DNA of 64,000 nucleotides from the human T2T-CHM13v2.0 reference genome, Homo sapiens: the NCBI RefSeq assembly GCF_009914755.1, contig NC_060934.1; one strand, 5' to 3'. This document shows positions 48,405 to 64,000 of the stretch, one piece after another. The translations under genes and the position numbers were made by a program. The first letter of the stretch is position 1. Each line of letters starts with the position of its first letter. The notes under the pieces are model-generated. The model saw only the letters and a program-made list of their open reading frames with translations, had not been told where the DNA came from and made no database searches.

Positions 48405-49931
48405 TATTAAAAAAATAAGTTGCGTGACATTTATTTTGTCTTGTTAACATTAATATCTGTAGAAACATTTTTATTGTCAGTATAAAAATTAACAGGTTTT
48501 ATTAAATACTTTCTCCAATTTTGTAACACATAAGATCAGTGTAATCTGCATTCATCTTGCACGGCTATTGCAAAGTGAGTGGGTGTTTCCAAAGCAAAAC
48601 ACAATACTTTAGTACAGAAGGAACAACGGCAATATTTTGTCTGATGTAGGTATGAGGCTGGATCTTTTGGTGAGGTCCTGCCAGAATTAGATGAAAGCAA
48701 TCCCTTAAAAAGATGGACGTATCCCCAAAACTATCAGCAGAACAACTCTGTGTTTCAATTTTCTATGATGGGACTTGAAGATCCTAACAGGCGTCTCCAA
48801 CGCCAAAGAGTCTGGAAGCCATTATCAAAATTCACTGAAGAGAATACAGGCTAATCTGATTAATGTGCAACTCAGAAGCAGAAGGCCAGCTGCCAGAGAG
48901 AAGCACATTCTGCTATCATTTCAACTAAGGTCTGTCCTCAAGGAATGGATTAAGGCATCTTTTAAGAGGACGCTGGTACCATTTATCTTGGGAAGTCCAG
49001 TTAGACGTTGCGTTGACGTAATGACAGGGTTGCACACCAAAATGAAACACCTTCCTATGAATGAGTTCTTTTAATATGGGGCATTTAGGAGGTCTAAGAA
49101 CAATCGTCTGACAGCAGCATTTAAACACAAATAAATCAAAACTTCATTTTCCCCAAATTAGTCATATATTGTAAATATTCTCTTTTCAAAGGATCTGATA
49201 ACTAGTTAAGTCCAAGCAATAGATTAACTAGTCTGCTGTGCTGCCTGCATAGAAATGCCACTTAAATTACAAAAAAAACTATAAATGATTAATTGTTTTG
49301 TATATTACCAATTTATTAATAAATTAACGTTATACCATTTTCCCTGAAAGCAAAAGTATTTTTCCACCTCTGCTCGGTGAAAATTAAGAAATTATGTGTA
49401 AGAACAGCATTTAGCAAATAGCTATTAAAAAAAGAGAGACCAATTTTCTAGGTGCATTGGGACATCCATTTAAAATCAATACAAAAAATAACTCCTTGTA
49501 AATATATAATATATATTTATACATAATTTGAATATATTTACATACATCCAGCACCTATATACTGCATTTGTGCTCTGTAAGTGTGTGCTGACATAAATCT
49601 TCTCCAATTATTACAAAATTAACAAGGAAGGCAGAACGCACGTCCACCTTGAGTCCTACTGGTCCACAGCCAATACGCACGGCAGGTGAGAGGGGTTACA
49701 TGGTGGCTTGTGGCAGTCCACTGCTCCAGAAACCTTCTTCTCCTCCTGGGGAAGATTACAAGTTTTCAACTGTATAAATCTTTACACATATGCTGATTAC
49801 TTTTCCAATTATTTACTCCTCTGATCCATATATACAAGTGGAGACAACAAGCTCTGGGAGGCATGGTCTCCCTGCTCAGTGTAGCTAGGTTCCCAGTGCT
49901 GTCCTGTTTGGGGACAGGCAGACACAGTCAT
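48405..49931 (-). other. FGFR2: FGFR2 3'UTR (C1/C2 isoforms)
   Basis: Repeat-free AU-rich sequence from the C1 stop to an AATAAA cluster; end placed about 25 nt after the last AATAAA. Confidence 0.9.
48430..48503 (-). terminator. Poly(A) signal cluster (3 x AATAAA)
   Basis: tttatt on + at 48430-48435, 48470-48475 and 48498-48503; GU-rich sequence (CTCGTGTCTT...GGTTTCCTGTG) follows on the - strand. Confidence 0.88.
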
Positions 49932-50220
<289 letters not shown>

Positions 50221-50649
50221 AACACAAACTCTTGAGATGTGGGTATTGGACGTGGGACAGGACAGGAGACCCCTAGAAGGTGAACAGAGACCCAGCCCAC
50301 CTGACTTCCACGAAGACCTCCCTGAGACCACGTCTGATGTACCCCAGGCTGTCCTTAGCTTTTCTCTTGGAATCCATCATAAATCAACTATTGACAGGTA
50401 GAGAACAATAAAACCTAGTTGAGCTATAGGTGCTGGGCAGGCAACTCGGCTTCACACGGACCTAAATAACCCGCTGAGTCTACACCACCTCCTCACTAGA
50501 GCCCTTGCTTCAAATGCGAGCCCCAGCAAAATGAAAACCGGTAACATGTTGTGGGTCCCCAGACCCCCTTTAAGTAGTTGAGACTATGAATATTTATTTT
50601 CTGAATTACATTTTACTATTGTAGTTTCGGGGATAATTGAAGGGGAATA

Positions 50650-50790
50650 CTTCTTCATTCAGTGGGTAATTTAACAGATGTAACTGATTACTCTCAGAAG
50701 CTCTCCGAGTTGAAAATGTAAACAGGTTCAAAAAAGGCTTAGACATACTCATGTATGTTAAATCCATAATGCACTGTTAAAGGAAACTTC
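50650..50790 (+). mobile_element. Possible ancient CR1-type fragment
   Basis: aaaatgtaaacaggttcaaaaaaggcttagacatactcatg resembles CR1 3' sequence; recognised from memory only. Confidence 0.35.
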
Positions 50791-51078
50791 AGGAAAATAT
50801 CGGTTAAGTTTCAAAGTTTTGAAGGTTCGAGATTCAGAAAGTGTCCTCTGCTCCCCAAGGCATCCAGTGCTGGTGCTGCAAAAAGCCCTCTGGATCACCC
50901 CAGGGTGACACTTCCTCCGACTTGGGTGCCCACAGACGACTTTGTATGGCCTGAGGGCTAAAGATGGTCTTTAACATTGGTAAGCGGTTGAAAAAAAAAA
51001 TCAAAAGAAGAAGAATATCTTATAGGATTAAAATGAATAAAATTTATATACAATTATATAAAATTCCAATTTCAGGAT

Positions 51079-51240
51079 CCATAAAATTTTACTAGAAGAC
51101 AGACTAGAACACATCTATTTACATATTGTCTGTGGCTACTTTGAGGCTACAGTGGCGAAGTTGCAACAGAGACCACAGGGCCGGCAAAGCTGAAAATATT
51201 TACTCCCTGGCCCTTTACAGAAAGCAGTTGCCGACCCCTG
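51079..51240. mobile_element. MER58A fragment
   Basis: tttacatattgtctgtggctactt...aaaatatttactccctggccctttacagaaa...ttgccgacccctg. Confidence 0.8.
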
Positions 51241-51464
51241 TTCTGAAGCTATGAAAAGCTTTCTAAATTGGGAACTTGTGGGTCTCTCTGCCTCCACTGG
51301 GCTGGCACAGTGGGGCAGTTCTGCTCACACATCCAGAAGCCAACAACTATTCTATGACATGTGGTTTTGCTGAGAGGGGGCAAAAAGTGCAGACCACAGC
51401 ACAAACAGCCTCAGTGTTATCAGAAAAGAGCCCATGGAATGTTGGCAACTAGACATTTTTAAAG

Positions 51465-51493
<29 letters not shown>
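51465..51493. repeat. (CA)n microsatellite in FGFR2 intron 17
   Basis: About 14 perfect units. Confidence 0.96.
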
Positions 51494-51496
<3 letters not shown>

Positions 51497-51878
51497 CCCT
51501 CTAATTCATCACCAGGGTTGGCAAGAGAAAGAGTCCCCATCCCAGCATCCCAGAAGGGGAATGTATCAGTTCCAACAACATCAGCATTAACCACACAACT
51601 GGAAACAAACACGCCCACCACATCAAAAGAGAACTTTTTGCTTACAATGATAAAAACGAAATTTTGTCCTAAATGGAACCGTTTTTCTTGAGCATATGGT
51701 AATGATTTTCAGAAGGAAAGAAACTTCGATTTTTATATCCACCAGACAATATGGCATTCTGCTTTTTTATTTTAGGGTACTAGATACAAATTTCAGTATC
51801 AACGGACCCACTCTACATGTAAATATATAAATAAATCACTTTGAGCATAGACATGAGATCATTAAAATAGAACTTTAG

Positions 51879-52209
<331 letters not shown>

Positions 52210-52242
52210 CTTTTCCCAGTTTCTCAATGAAGCCATAAACTT

Positions 52243-52248
52243 TCAGAT
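52243..52248 (-). CDS. FGFR2: FGFR2 alternative terminal exon C3 (Ile-stop)
   Basis: TACTGAT branch-point-like motif (52271-52277), tract ttttttttcctatcag, then ATC TGA; matches the known C3 isoform ending ...TNEI. Confidence 0.9.
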   Translation of the reverse strand: M

Positions 52249-52873
52249 CTGATAGGAAAAAAACAGGGATATCAGTAGATTCCAAGTCTACAGTTAAAGG
52301 AACTTATACTAGAAACAACAATTTTGGCAGAAGAAGAAAGTTGGTTTCTTCCCCCCCTTGAACCGTTCCTTTCCTTTCAACTTCTGAAGGTCAGCTGTAT
52401 TCATTTAAGTGCAATCTCTTCCTTTATCCAGCACAGGCCACAGTCAGACGCATAAGATAAAGCTGCTGAGCTAAGACTTCATATCACTACATTTGATTAT
52501 TACTTTTTAAAAAATCACTCTAAAACTATTTCCTAAATCAGAAATTAAGTGTATTATTTTCCTTCTAAAATACTTGGGGGACCTTAACTTTTTTCTTGTT
52601 GAGACAATTGCATGGTTTGGAGTTAGTTTCCTGTGTAAAAGAACACTATTGTGCATCCTCATTAAATATCTCAAAATACATTCATTAACAATTTCTCTAT
52701 CTTAAGATTTGACTAGACTTGATGGGTTTATCATCTTTCCTGCTCAGAGCATATGCTTTCCATAATTATAAAAGGCACTCTATCTGCATATTGAAGGAGC
52801 CACTGACATGGCTAAATTTGCACAGTGAGTGACAGACGAGTGTTTATTTTGTTGGCAAGGATCATAAATTATT

Positions 52874-53152
52874 ATTATTTTCTTTTTGAGATGAAGTCTT
52901 GCTCTGTCTCCCAGACTGGAGTGCAGTGGCGCAATCTCAGTCACTGCAAACTTCACCTCCTGGGTTCAAGCGATTCCCCTACCTCGCCTCCTAAGTAGCT
53001 GGGATTACAGGCACATACCACCACATCCAACTAATTTTTGTATTTTTAGTAGAGACAGGGTTTCGCCATGTTGGCCAGGCTGCTCTCGAACTCCTGGCCT
53101 CAGGTGATCTGCCCTCCTCGGCTTCCCAAAATGCTGGGATTACAGGCGAGAG
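52874..53152 (-). mobile_element. AluS (intron 17)
   Basis: Antisense dimer on +, slightly 5'-clipped; TSD cataaat. Confidence 0.93.
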
Positions 53153-53753
53153 CATAAATATTTTAGGGAAAATAAATATTTTAACAAAAGGTACATGTTT
53201 TTATGTAAAAATCATGTAAGTTGCTCATTGTAGAAAACAGTGTATGTTTATATACACCTAGAAAGAGGCTGCAAGGCATACAGCATTACCAACAGGATCA
53301 CATAGGATAGTACTGTGGTAACAGAAGCTGGTGTTACAAAACTTCATTGTATTCCATCAAGCAAATGATGACGAACATTATCAGTTTACCCACTAATGAC
53401 CAAAGCACAGAATCAAACTTGCACAGGAATCCAAGCTTTTTCCCATGCACACCAAAATGCAAGTGAATACTGCTTCCCCTTTCCCACTCTCCCACATACC
53501 CCGGACTGCTCCACCAGCAGCTACACTGAAGGCAGCCTCGGGGATGTCCCTCTGTCTTTGGTTTCATGAGTCAGAACTCACAAAATGAAGTTCTGAGAAA
53601 AATCATGATTTGAGAGGAACCCATAGTTGAACTATCTGACCCTATGGAAAAAGAATAAACAAGACCACAGACTCCAACCAACAGCCAACAGGGGAGTGTG
53701 TGTGTAAAACACTACGCATGTCTCACAAGACAACCAAGGACAAGGGGCTTCTA

Positions 53754-54011
<258 letters not shown>

Positions 54012-55464
54012 TCATGAATCACTTTCCCAAAAGCTTCCCTGCCAGTTCCTCCGAAAGGCACTTTGACTTACAAAAACATGTTAGAAAGGCATCGAAGCCA
54101 TCAAGAAAGACACAGCTATGTGTTTTCCCTGGTAACCCTGGGCCACAGTGACATCTCACAATGGCGTCACACCCTAAAGATGCTTTGGAGGCTGAAGGAA
54201 AATGCGTATTTCCATGGGCTGGTCTCCAGTCTTCCCTCCCCTGACACCCTGCCCAGCACCAAAGCAGCTCCACTATTTATCTGCCCAGTGCTTTGGGTCT
54301 TAATGATTCTAGTTGACACAGCTTCCTGAGTTAAAAAAAAATTAAATAAAATTTGAAAACTACAACTTCAAGTTTTTGATGAATTAATCTGCCACCACTG
54401 GGCTGCACACTAACTTCCTGATTAACTCTTAGATAGGCTTAGCTTCCCAGGTCTTATCTTGATTTTGGGTTTCGACAGATCCTCTACGTTACAAAAGAAA
54501 AAAAACAATAGGAATGACAAAGAGCACAATAAATGCCTTTATATAATATGCTATAAAATGTGGCCATTCATCAGACATCCACGGTACACCGAAAAGCACT
54601 CACGGGATTACTGATATAAAATCCCCATGAAATGATACACAATAGACCGCAGTTTCTGGGACAATCACTCTTCTTAGTTAATCCTGGAGGGGTTGAGGCA
54701 GGAGGCAGAGAGACTCCTTTCAAAGCACTGATTCTATTGCACCAGGCACACGTCACAAACACAACATAACTCCACTTAAAGTGTGAGGCAGGTTTTGCTA
54801 CAAACCAGTTCATGGTTTTACAGGCAGATCTGGTACAGTAAGGAGGGCGCCTGGACACATGTTTAATTCTCTGCACTAAAACACAAGTGAGACCTAGGTA
54901 ACCAAACACGAGTTCCTTCGCTCTGAGGAAATGTGGTTGGCGTCAATCTGTAATGGCAATTTTCAATGGTTCGAGAAGTTCTGGAAACACCGATTCTCTA
55001 CTGGCCACGATGGGGCCAGGCGGGGGCCAGGCACAACCACCAGGGAAAGGCTGTGTTGGTTCCTTAATCCTACACCCTGCAGGGCGGCCCCGCGGCTTTC
55101 TAGCTTGTTTCCTGACCCGTGGGTCTTCCTGTCACTCCACGGGAGACCGCAGAAGGTGCAGCACAGTGGCCCAGGAAGACCACTCCTGCTGGCTCTGCAA
55201 AGTCAGGAGCCCTCAGCCAGGCAGCCAGACACCCTCTGATCCAAAGCCCTCTCCATACTCAGAATAATGTTCTTTCTCTCAGACAAGTAATGGTTGTCGG
55301 TGTCGCTATGTATCCCAGCTCTGGATTGAGCCCAGAGAGCTTCAGCCATTCTTCTTAGAGCATGTTTAGGAAACCAGGGGCCTTCAAAAACGAGATACAT
55401 CAGGAGAGGTATTACTGGTGTGGCAAGTCCACTGGGGCACCGGCAGGAAAGACAACAGCCCTTA

Positions 55465-55629
<165 letters not shown>

Positions 55630-56519
55630 TTACTAACCCATCCACGTTGCCAAAACCTAAACACGCCCAGCTGAGACATAAACACCTCCTCACTTCTGAA
55701 GTTCAAAGACAAATGGGCCCTCCTGCAGTTCCTCCTATGTGCTCTTTCCTGCCCTGCAAGAGCATCCCCGAATGATGATGACACGGGGATGTGCTGATGG
55801 AATTTTCCATCAATAGACAAAAAGGCAAACTGCCATCACTCTGGAATAGAGCTGCTTGTCTTAAATGTGGTGTTAGCAATGCAAGGATCTCAGTTTCTCA
55901 GTTTCAAAGCCTTTACGCTCCTTTCCAACTCCTTATGTGCCTGACCCAAGGGTTGTGATCTACCAGGATGGGCAGTTGACAGAATAAGGCCAGCAAGCCA
56001 ACTCCGCAGGATCACAGCTGCCCTGTGTGGCTGGCGGAACATCTGCTGCACAGAGGCTCTGGAACTTACTAAGATCGCAAAGGCAATCAGCACTGGGCTG
56101 GGGTTAGGATGAGGAATCACATGCCCCAGATGAGTTGCACACAACAAAACTGAACACATCTCACAGGCCATAATTTATTTACACTTGACTCTTCAGAGAT
56201 TTGGACTTCCTGTGCCAAGTTCAGGAGGCTCAATCTCTGGGAGGAGCAAGCTGAGAGAGCCAGGTTTAGCTACATCATGGTCGTTCTGGAAACTCAACCT
56301 TCTGTACTCGATGGTGGTGTTTCACTCCGCAGTTTTCTACAGAGCAAAAGCAGCAGCACAGGACAGGCAGAACAGCCTCTGTGCCTCAGTTGCTCACAGC
56401 AAAAATGGGATAGTCATGTCTTTTTTTTAGGATTGTTGAGAGGACCAACTATGGTAGCACAGAATTAATGCCTACCCAGAACTCCTCCTGCTCATACAAA
56501 TAAAAAATAGTTCAAGTGA

Positions 56520-56814
56520 TTTTTTTTTCCCCAGACAGAGTCTCGCTCTGTTGCCAGGCTGGAGTGCAGTGGCACAATCTCAGCTCACTGCAACCTCTGA
56601 CTCCCAGGTTCAAGCGATTCTCCTGCCTCAGCCTCCCAAGTAGTGGAGATTACAGACACGCATAACTACGCCCAGCTAATTTTTGTAGTTTTAGTAGAGA
56701 CGGGGTTTCACCATGTTGGCCAGGATGGCCTTGATCTCCTGACCTCGTGATCCACCCGCCTTGCCCTCCCAAAGTGCTGGGATTGATTACAGGTATGAGT
56801 CACTGCACACAGCC
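56520..56814 (-). mobile_element. AluSc-like (intron 15)
   Basis: Full dimer; degenerate TSD ttcaaStgaWtttt. Confidence 0.93.
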
Positions 56815-57401
56815 TTCAACTGAATTTTCAAATCTAAAATATCAGTTGGAGCCTGACCCCACTGGTTTTGTCAGTATATCATAATAGAAATATTCTACTG
56901 TGTTTCTAGAATGCTATCAAGGATGCCAAAGCAAGATCAGACCTTTTTGTTGAGGGATAAACATAGAGAGTAGACCCTGTGGAGGTCCCCAGCCTGGACC
57001 ACATCTCACTCAGCTCCACTCTTTAAGGACAAATCTGGGTTAGAGGGAAATATGACAAACTACTCGTAAGTGGGAAAAGCTCCAGGATTACTCCTTTAAT
57101 GGAGTGAAGAACATGCCAAGAGCTTGGCGAATTAGATAACCGCTTTGTAGTTGCACATCCATGAATATATTCAAGGGAAGGACTTCCGCTCTGGCAGGGG
57201 GAGGTCAGCAGTTCCACCTTCTGTGCTCTTTGAAGCCAGGCAGATTAGTAACAGAGCATTGGTTATCAGCCTACCATAAAATCTGTCCTTTCTACGAATG
57301 TGTGAAATGCAGCAGCCACTAAAGAAGGAAGAAAGGTGAAGTACGTACAGTATTTTTGCAGCTCAAGCCCAGGAAAAAGCCAGAGAAAAGAGAGTTACTC
57401 A

Positions 57402-57500
<99 letters not shown>

Positions 57501-58024
57501 CTAAATATATTTAAAAGAATTTATCTTAGCAGGCTCAATAGGGCTATGCCCTGTTTAAGAGCTGATATTCTTGGTTTTCACTAGTCAGTCAATAGAGCAG
57601 AAATCAGTCCCAATGAGGACCATGAACAATGTGTGAGATGCACAGGTCTGGGCCGTTAATAAAATGCCATCTCCTTGGATTCTATCCTTTATCTCCCTAG
57701 CACACAGATGCTCCTTGACCAGTTATTAGGCAAAAATTAAACCAGTAACTTCCAAGCTGTAGTTTTTGCTATGAAAGTTCTTGATGAGAACCATAAGAAA
57801 ATCCTAGCGGTTGCTGATTATTCTGTATATAAGTGTTTCACATTTACTAAAATTGACATAATAGAGGCTAAATTTGCATATTGAGAGTTTGTGAATAGTA
57901 AGTCAAAAGAACGGGAATCGGGGCAGGGGAATGGGTCCCCAGCCATCCCACCCAGCTCTCAACATTGACGGCCTTTCTTCCTGGAACATTCTGAGCCTCA
58001 CCCCCGCCCCTGCCCACTGTGTTA

Positions 58025-58168
<144 letters not shown>

Positions 58169-58192
58169 TCAAGAAAGAAGCAAGAGAAATAA

Positions 58193-58657
<465 letters not shown>

Positions 58658-58779
58658 TCAACTGGGATCATCGGAGAGCCTGGAACACGACATGTATTTG
58701 TTTTGGAATTATAAATAAATAGAATGATCATTTTGAAGAGCGAAGGTAGACTAAATAACCATATTCTCTTCTACCTCCA

Positions 58780-60130
<1,351 letters not shown>

Positions 60131-60201
60131 GAACAGCTAATTTATTGTCTTGACACTAACTCTTGGGTCTCAGAAAGATCTAGCTATTACGACTTTTCCT
60201 T

Positions 60202-60518
<317 letters not shown>

Positions 60519-61621
60519 TGATACGCTACTGTGAGCTGCTGCATTTTTGTTACACTTTCATATAGCAAGATTTCCACAAGATACAAGGTAATTAGGGTCT
60601 CCAATCATCACCTTCTATTTTGGGAAGAGATAAGACACAAAGAAGCAAATATCACCACCGAAGCCTTTTACACTGGTTATTGGCAAAGGTTAACTATCAT
60701 ACGAAGCAGAAAGTCTTATCAGTCCATTCAACAAGGCTGAAATGGGGGCGATCTTAGGCACTCCACAAAATGGACAATTAAAAAAGGGGCAAGCTATGTG
60801 ATCCCTGAAATATAAATAAGGAATTATTTGATTCCACCCCGACCCCTAGCTATTCCTTGTGTTCACACACTTCTGGGCCTCCCGGGTAGCCTAAGCCCAG
60901 AAGCGGGAAAGCAAGAAAGCCACGCAAGCTTGCAATCCCTGGCCAGGTTGGAAGCAGGAAACATGAGAGCTCACAGAAGCTGCCTGGAGATTCGTCTGGG
61001 GCTGCAGCCCTGTTCCCAGTTTTGGAGGCCTGTTCAAATTGAACTTCCAAGCCCCGGGCCAAACTCTCCCGGTGGTGTGCTCCTGCCGACACGCGCTCTG
61101 TGTGTCTGGCAAGCTGTGTGGTCAGAAGAATGTGCTTCCCACGCACTGGGCTCCAACTATGCATTAGGGCTCAGCTTGCACAGAGACACTGCTGACGGCT
61201 CCCTCCACCATCTTCTCAGCGAAAGCCAGAGTCTAGCGTGGCCATCCCTCATCCCAGGGGCTAGGAAACATCAAACCCCAGCCTCTGGGTTGAATAAGAG
61301 GAGACTTGGAACCCACACCCGAGAAAAAGAAAGTAATCAAAGGCAAGCCAAATCCCCGTCATCCACAGGAATGTGAGCTGTTCTCCAGCACAGGGAGCTG
61401 ACCATTTTATACAATTAGGGCCCTGGGACAGTTTGGTGTTCCATAGGTGAAGGTCAGTGGGTCACTAAGGGAAGGAAGACCAACATCCCTATGATGTAGA
61501 CAGTATGCCCTGTGCCCAGTATGGCTGATGACATCGAATTCCTGCGGCAACCTATGACATGGATAGTGTTATACCCATTTTACAGGTGGGGAAGCTGGGG
61601 CTTCACTAAAAAAACTGCTCA

Positions 61622-62228
<607 letters not shown>

Positions 62229-64000
62229 AAACTGCTCAGGTTTAACACTTTGAGGGTTAACTGGGTTTGGGATTTGGTTAAAAAAGTAAAATTAGTGTGA
62301 TTTGAGCTAAAAATAGTAAGGATTTTATAAATTGTGTAAGGCTCAAATACCCTATTACCTAATTGCATTGCTATATACACCATGGTGTTTTTTCACTTCT
62401 CTGTCTCCAGTCCCCAACCCCTACCCCAACACTCACACACTCACGCACACACACACATGTACACACACAACTGAAAGCTGCTGGAGGCCAGGCACTGTGT
62501 GTTCATCTCAATCGGCCCAGCGCTGAGCACAGATGAACCCAGTACATCAGTAACGATGTAATCAACAGTTCTCTTTTGCCCCTTCCTTCAGGCAAGCAGG
62601 TCTCTCACAAGCCCATGGCTCCCCATTGTGAGGGGATGGGTGTGGGAAAGCCAGGGCCGGACCCTTTGCCTGGTTCTTCATTCTCCACTTTCAAGAATAA
62701 GCCCTCCATTTTTGGAAGCAGAGCCCTCGCAAGGGGACCATGCTTAACATCTTCATCTACCTCCATTTTCAAACCTATTCTGGGTCCTTAACTGCAGGTG
62801 GCCTCCAGTAAGTGGCTTTGGAACCATGCCATGTCTTAAAGGCCCATACAATATCCCTTTTACCTTGGGCTGTTATTCAATGTAGAGACAATGAGGCCAC
62901 ACTGGGGCACTAAACAACCCCTCACCCGCCCCCCACGTGGAATCTCATTGGTCTTGCCTCAGTTTAGAGAGAGTTAGGGGCCTCATGAGAGCAGGAGACA
63001 GCTGAGTGGGGGACCAGGAGACCTAGGTCTGGGACCTGCCACTCCACTCTTCGGACCTACAAGTCCGCTTCTCAGAAGTGAGGACATCTGAGTCCTCCTG
63101 ACACATCTGGTCTCAAACCATTCATGCTGCTTCCTCATCGTCCTCCCCCATACAATGGGGATCCAAATCCCACCTATTTCCGGGTTGTTCTGAGGGCTAC
63201 GTAAGATGCTTTATGTCAAATGCTCTGCCACGGTGCCTGGAAGATGGTTAGCTTCTCCCGGAGGGGTCAGTAATTAATAATAACGATAGTTACTATTATC
63301 ACAACACTTTAATATGGGTACTTCCGTTCTTCCACGATTAAATGGATGCATTTGCCCTGCTTAGCAAAGTTCGTCTCTTAGTTTTCTCTCTGCCAGCTCC
63401 AAAACAGGAAGGAGCTCTGGGTCCTCAGGGCTAGGGTGGGCAGGGGTACCACCACTGCCTCTAGGACCAGGACTCAACACCCGTGCTTCTCACCAGTCTG
63501 AGCGCCGAGGCTCTACTACCTGCCCCCTCCTTCCTGAAGCTCCCATGTGGGGCCTCTGTGCTCCGTGTCCTGATTTTCCTACTGCTCAGGCTGTGCCTGC
63601 TCGGCCTCCGCTGCTGTTTCTGGTGCTTTCAGTCAATCTCTAGATTTGAGAATTTTCTCAGGACCTGACTTCAGGCTTCTATTCTCCTCTTCCAAGCTTC
63701 TCCGCAGATGAGTTTGTCCACGCCCATGGCTTGAACTCACAGCTCCCTTTGCTGCCTCCCAGCTGTTAGCCCACCCTCAGAGCTGAGCTGCTGCCTGCAG
63801 CTTCTTCATTATCTCCCCTTGGATGACTCAGATACGCTCAAGACGAGCTCGGATTTTCCACCCAAATCTATGCCCCCTGCCCCAGCCCTGATTCCCAAGT
63901 CCTCCCAGACTTGGAAGCTGCACCACCATCCAGTTTTTCAAGCTGGAAATCCAGAAGTCACCCTTGATCTCTCTTTCTCTCCCTCCTATCTAATCAATCC

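Noticed and set aside
55771-55797. ATGATGA...CTGA as a C/D snoRNA
   Set aside because: Boxes are only about 15 nt apart and antisense to the host transcript.
60828-61376. 182-aa plus-strand ORF antisense in intron 13
   Set aside because: Non-ATG start, no recognisable homology, GC-rich chance ORF.

Overview
Human (or very closely related hominid) genomic DNA containing the 3' end of FGFR2 on the minus strand. From 58162 to 48405 lie four kinase-domain exons (E14-E17, codons 622-767 in IIIc numbering), the canonical last exon E18-C1 and a ~1.5 kb 3'UTR. Two alternative terminal exons are also present: C2, made by a 92-nt tandem duplication of the E18 acceptor, and C3 (Ile-stop), located in intron 17. 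Exon 13 lies beyond the right edge. Positions 1-48400 are intergenic sequence downstream of the gene, with Alus, MaLR LTRs, old L1/L2/MIR fragments, hAT DNA transposons, microsatellites and a probable U2 snRNA 5' retro-fragment. I see no second protein-coding gene and no wholly new system. The ORF track is almost all Alu-derived or chance ORFs. The most interesting signals are: the C1/C2 last-exon switch (junction-made stop codon, AATAAA and candidate branch point), an Alu supplying poly(A) signals to C3, candidate extra truncating acceptors in intron 17, a stop-free in-frame E14-E17 circle flanked by inverted Alus, and several unexplained duplications. Repeat subfamily names and repeat boundaries were assigned by eye and are approximate.
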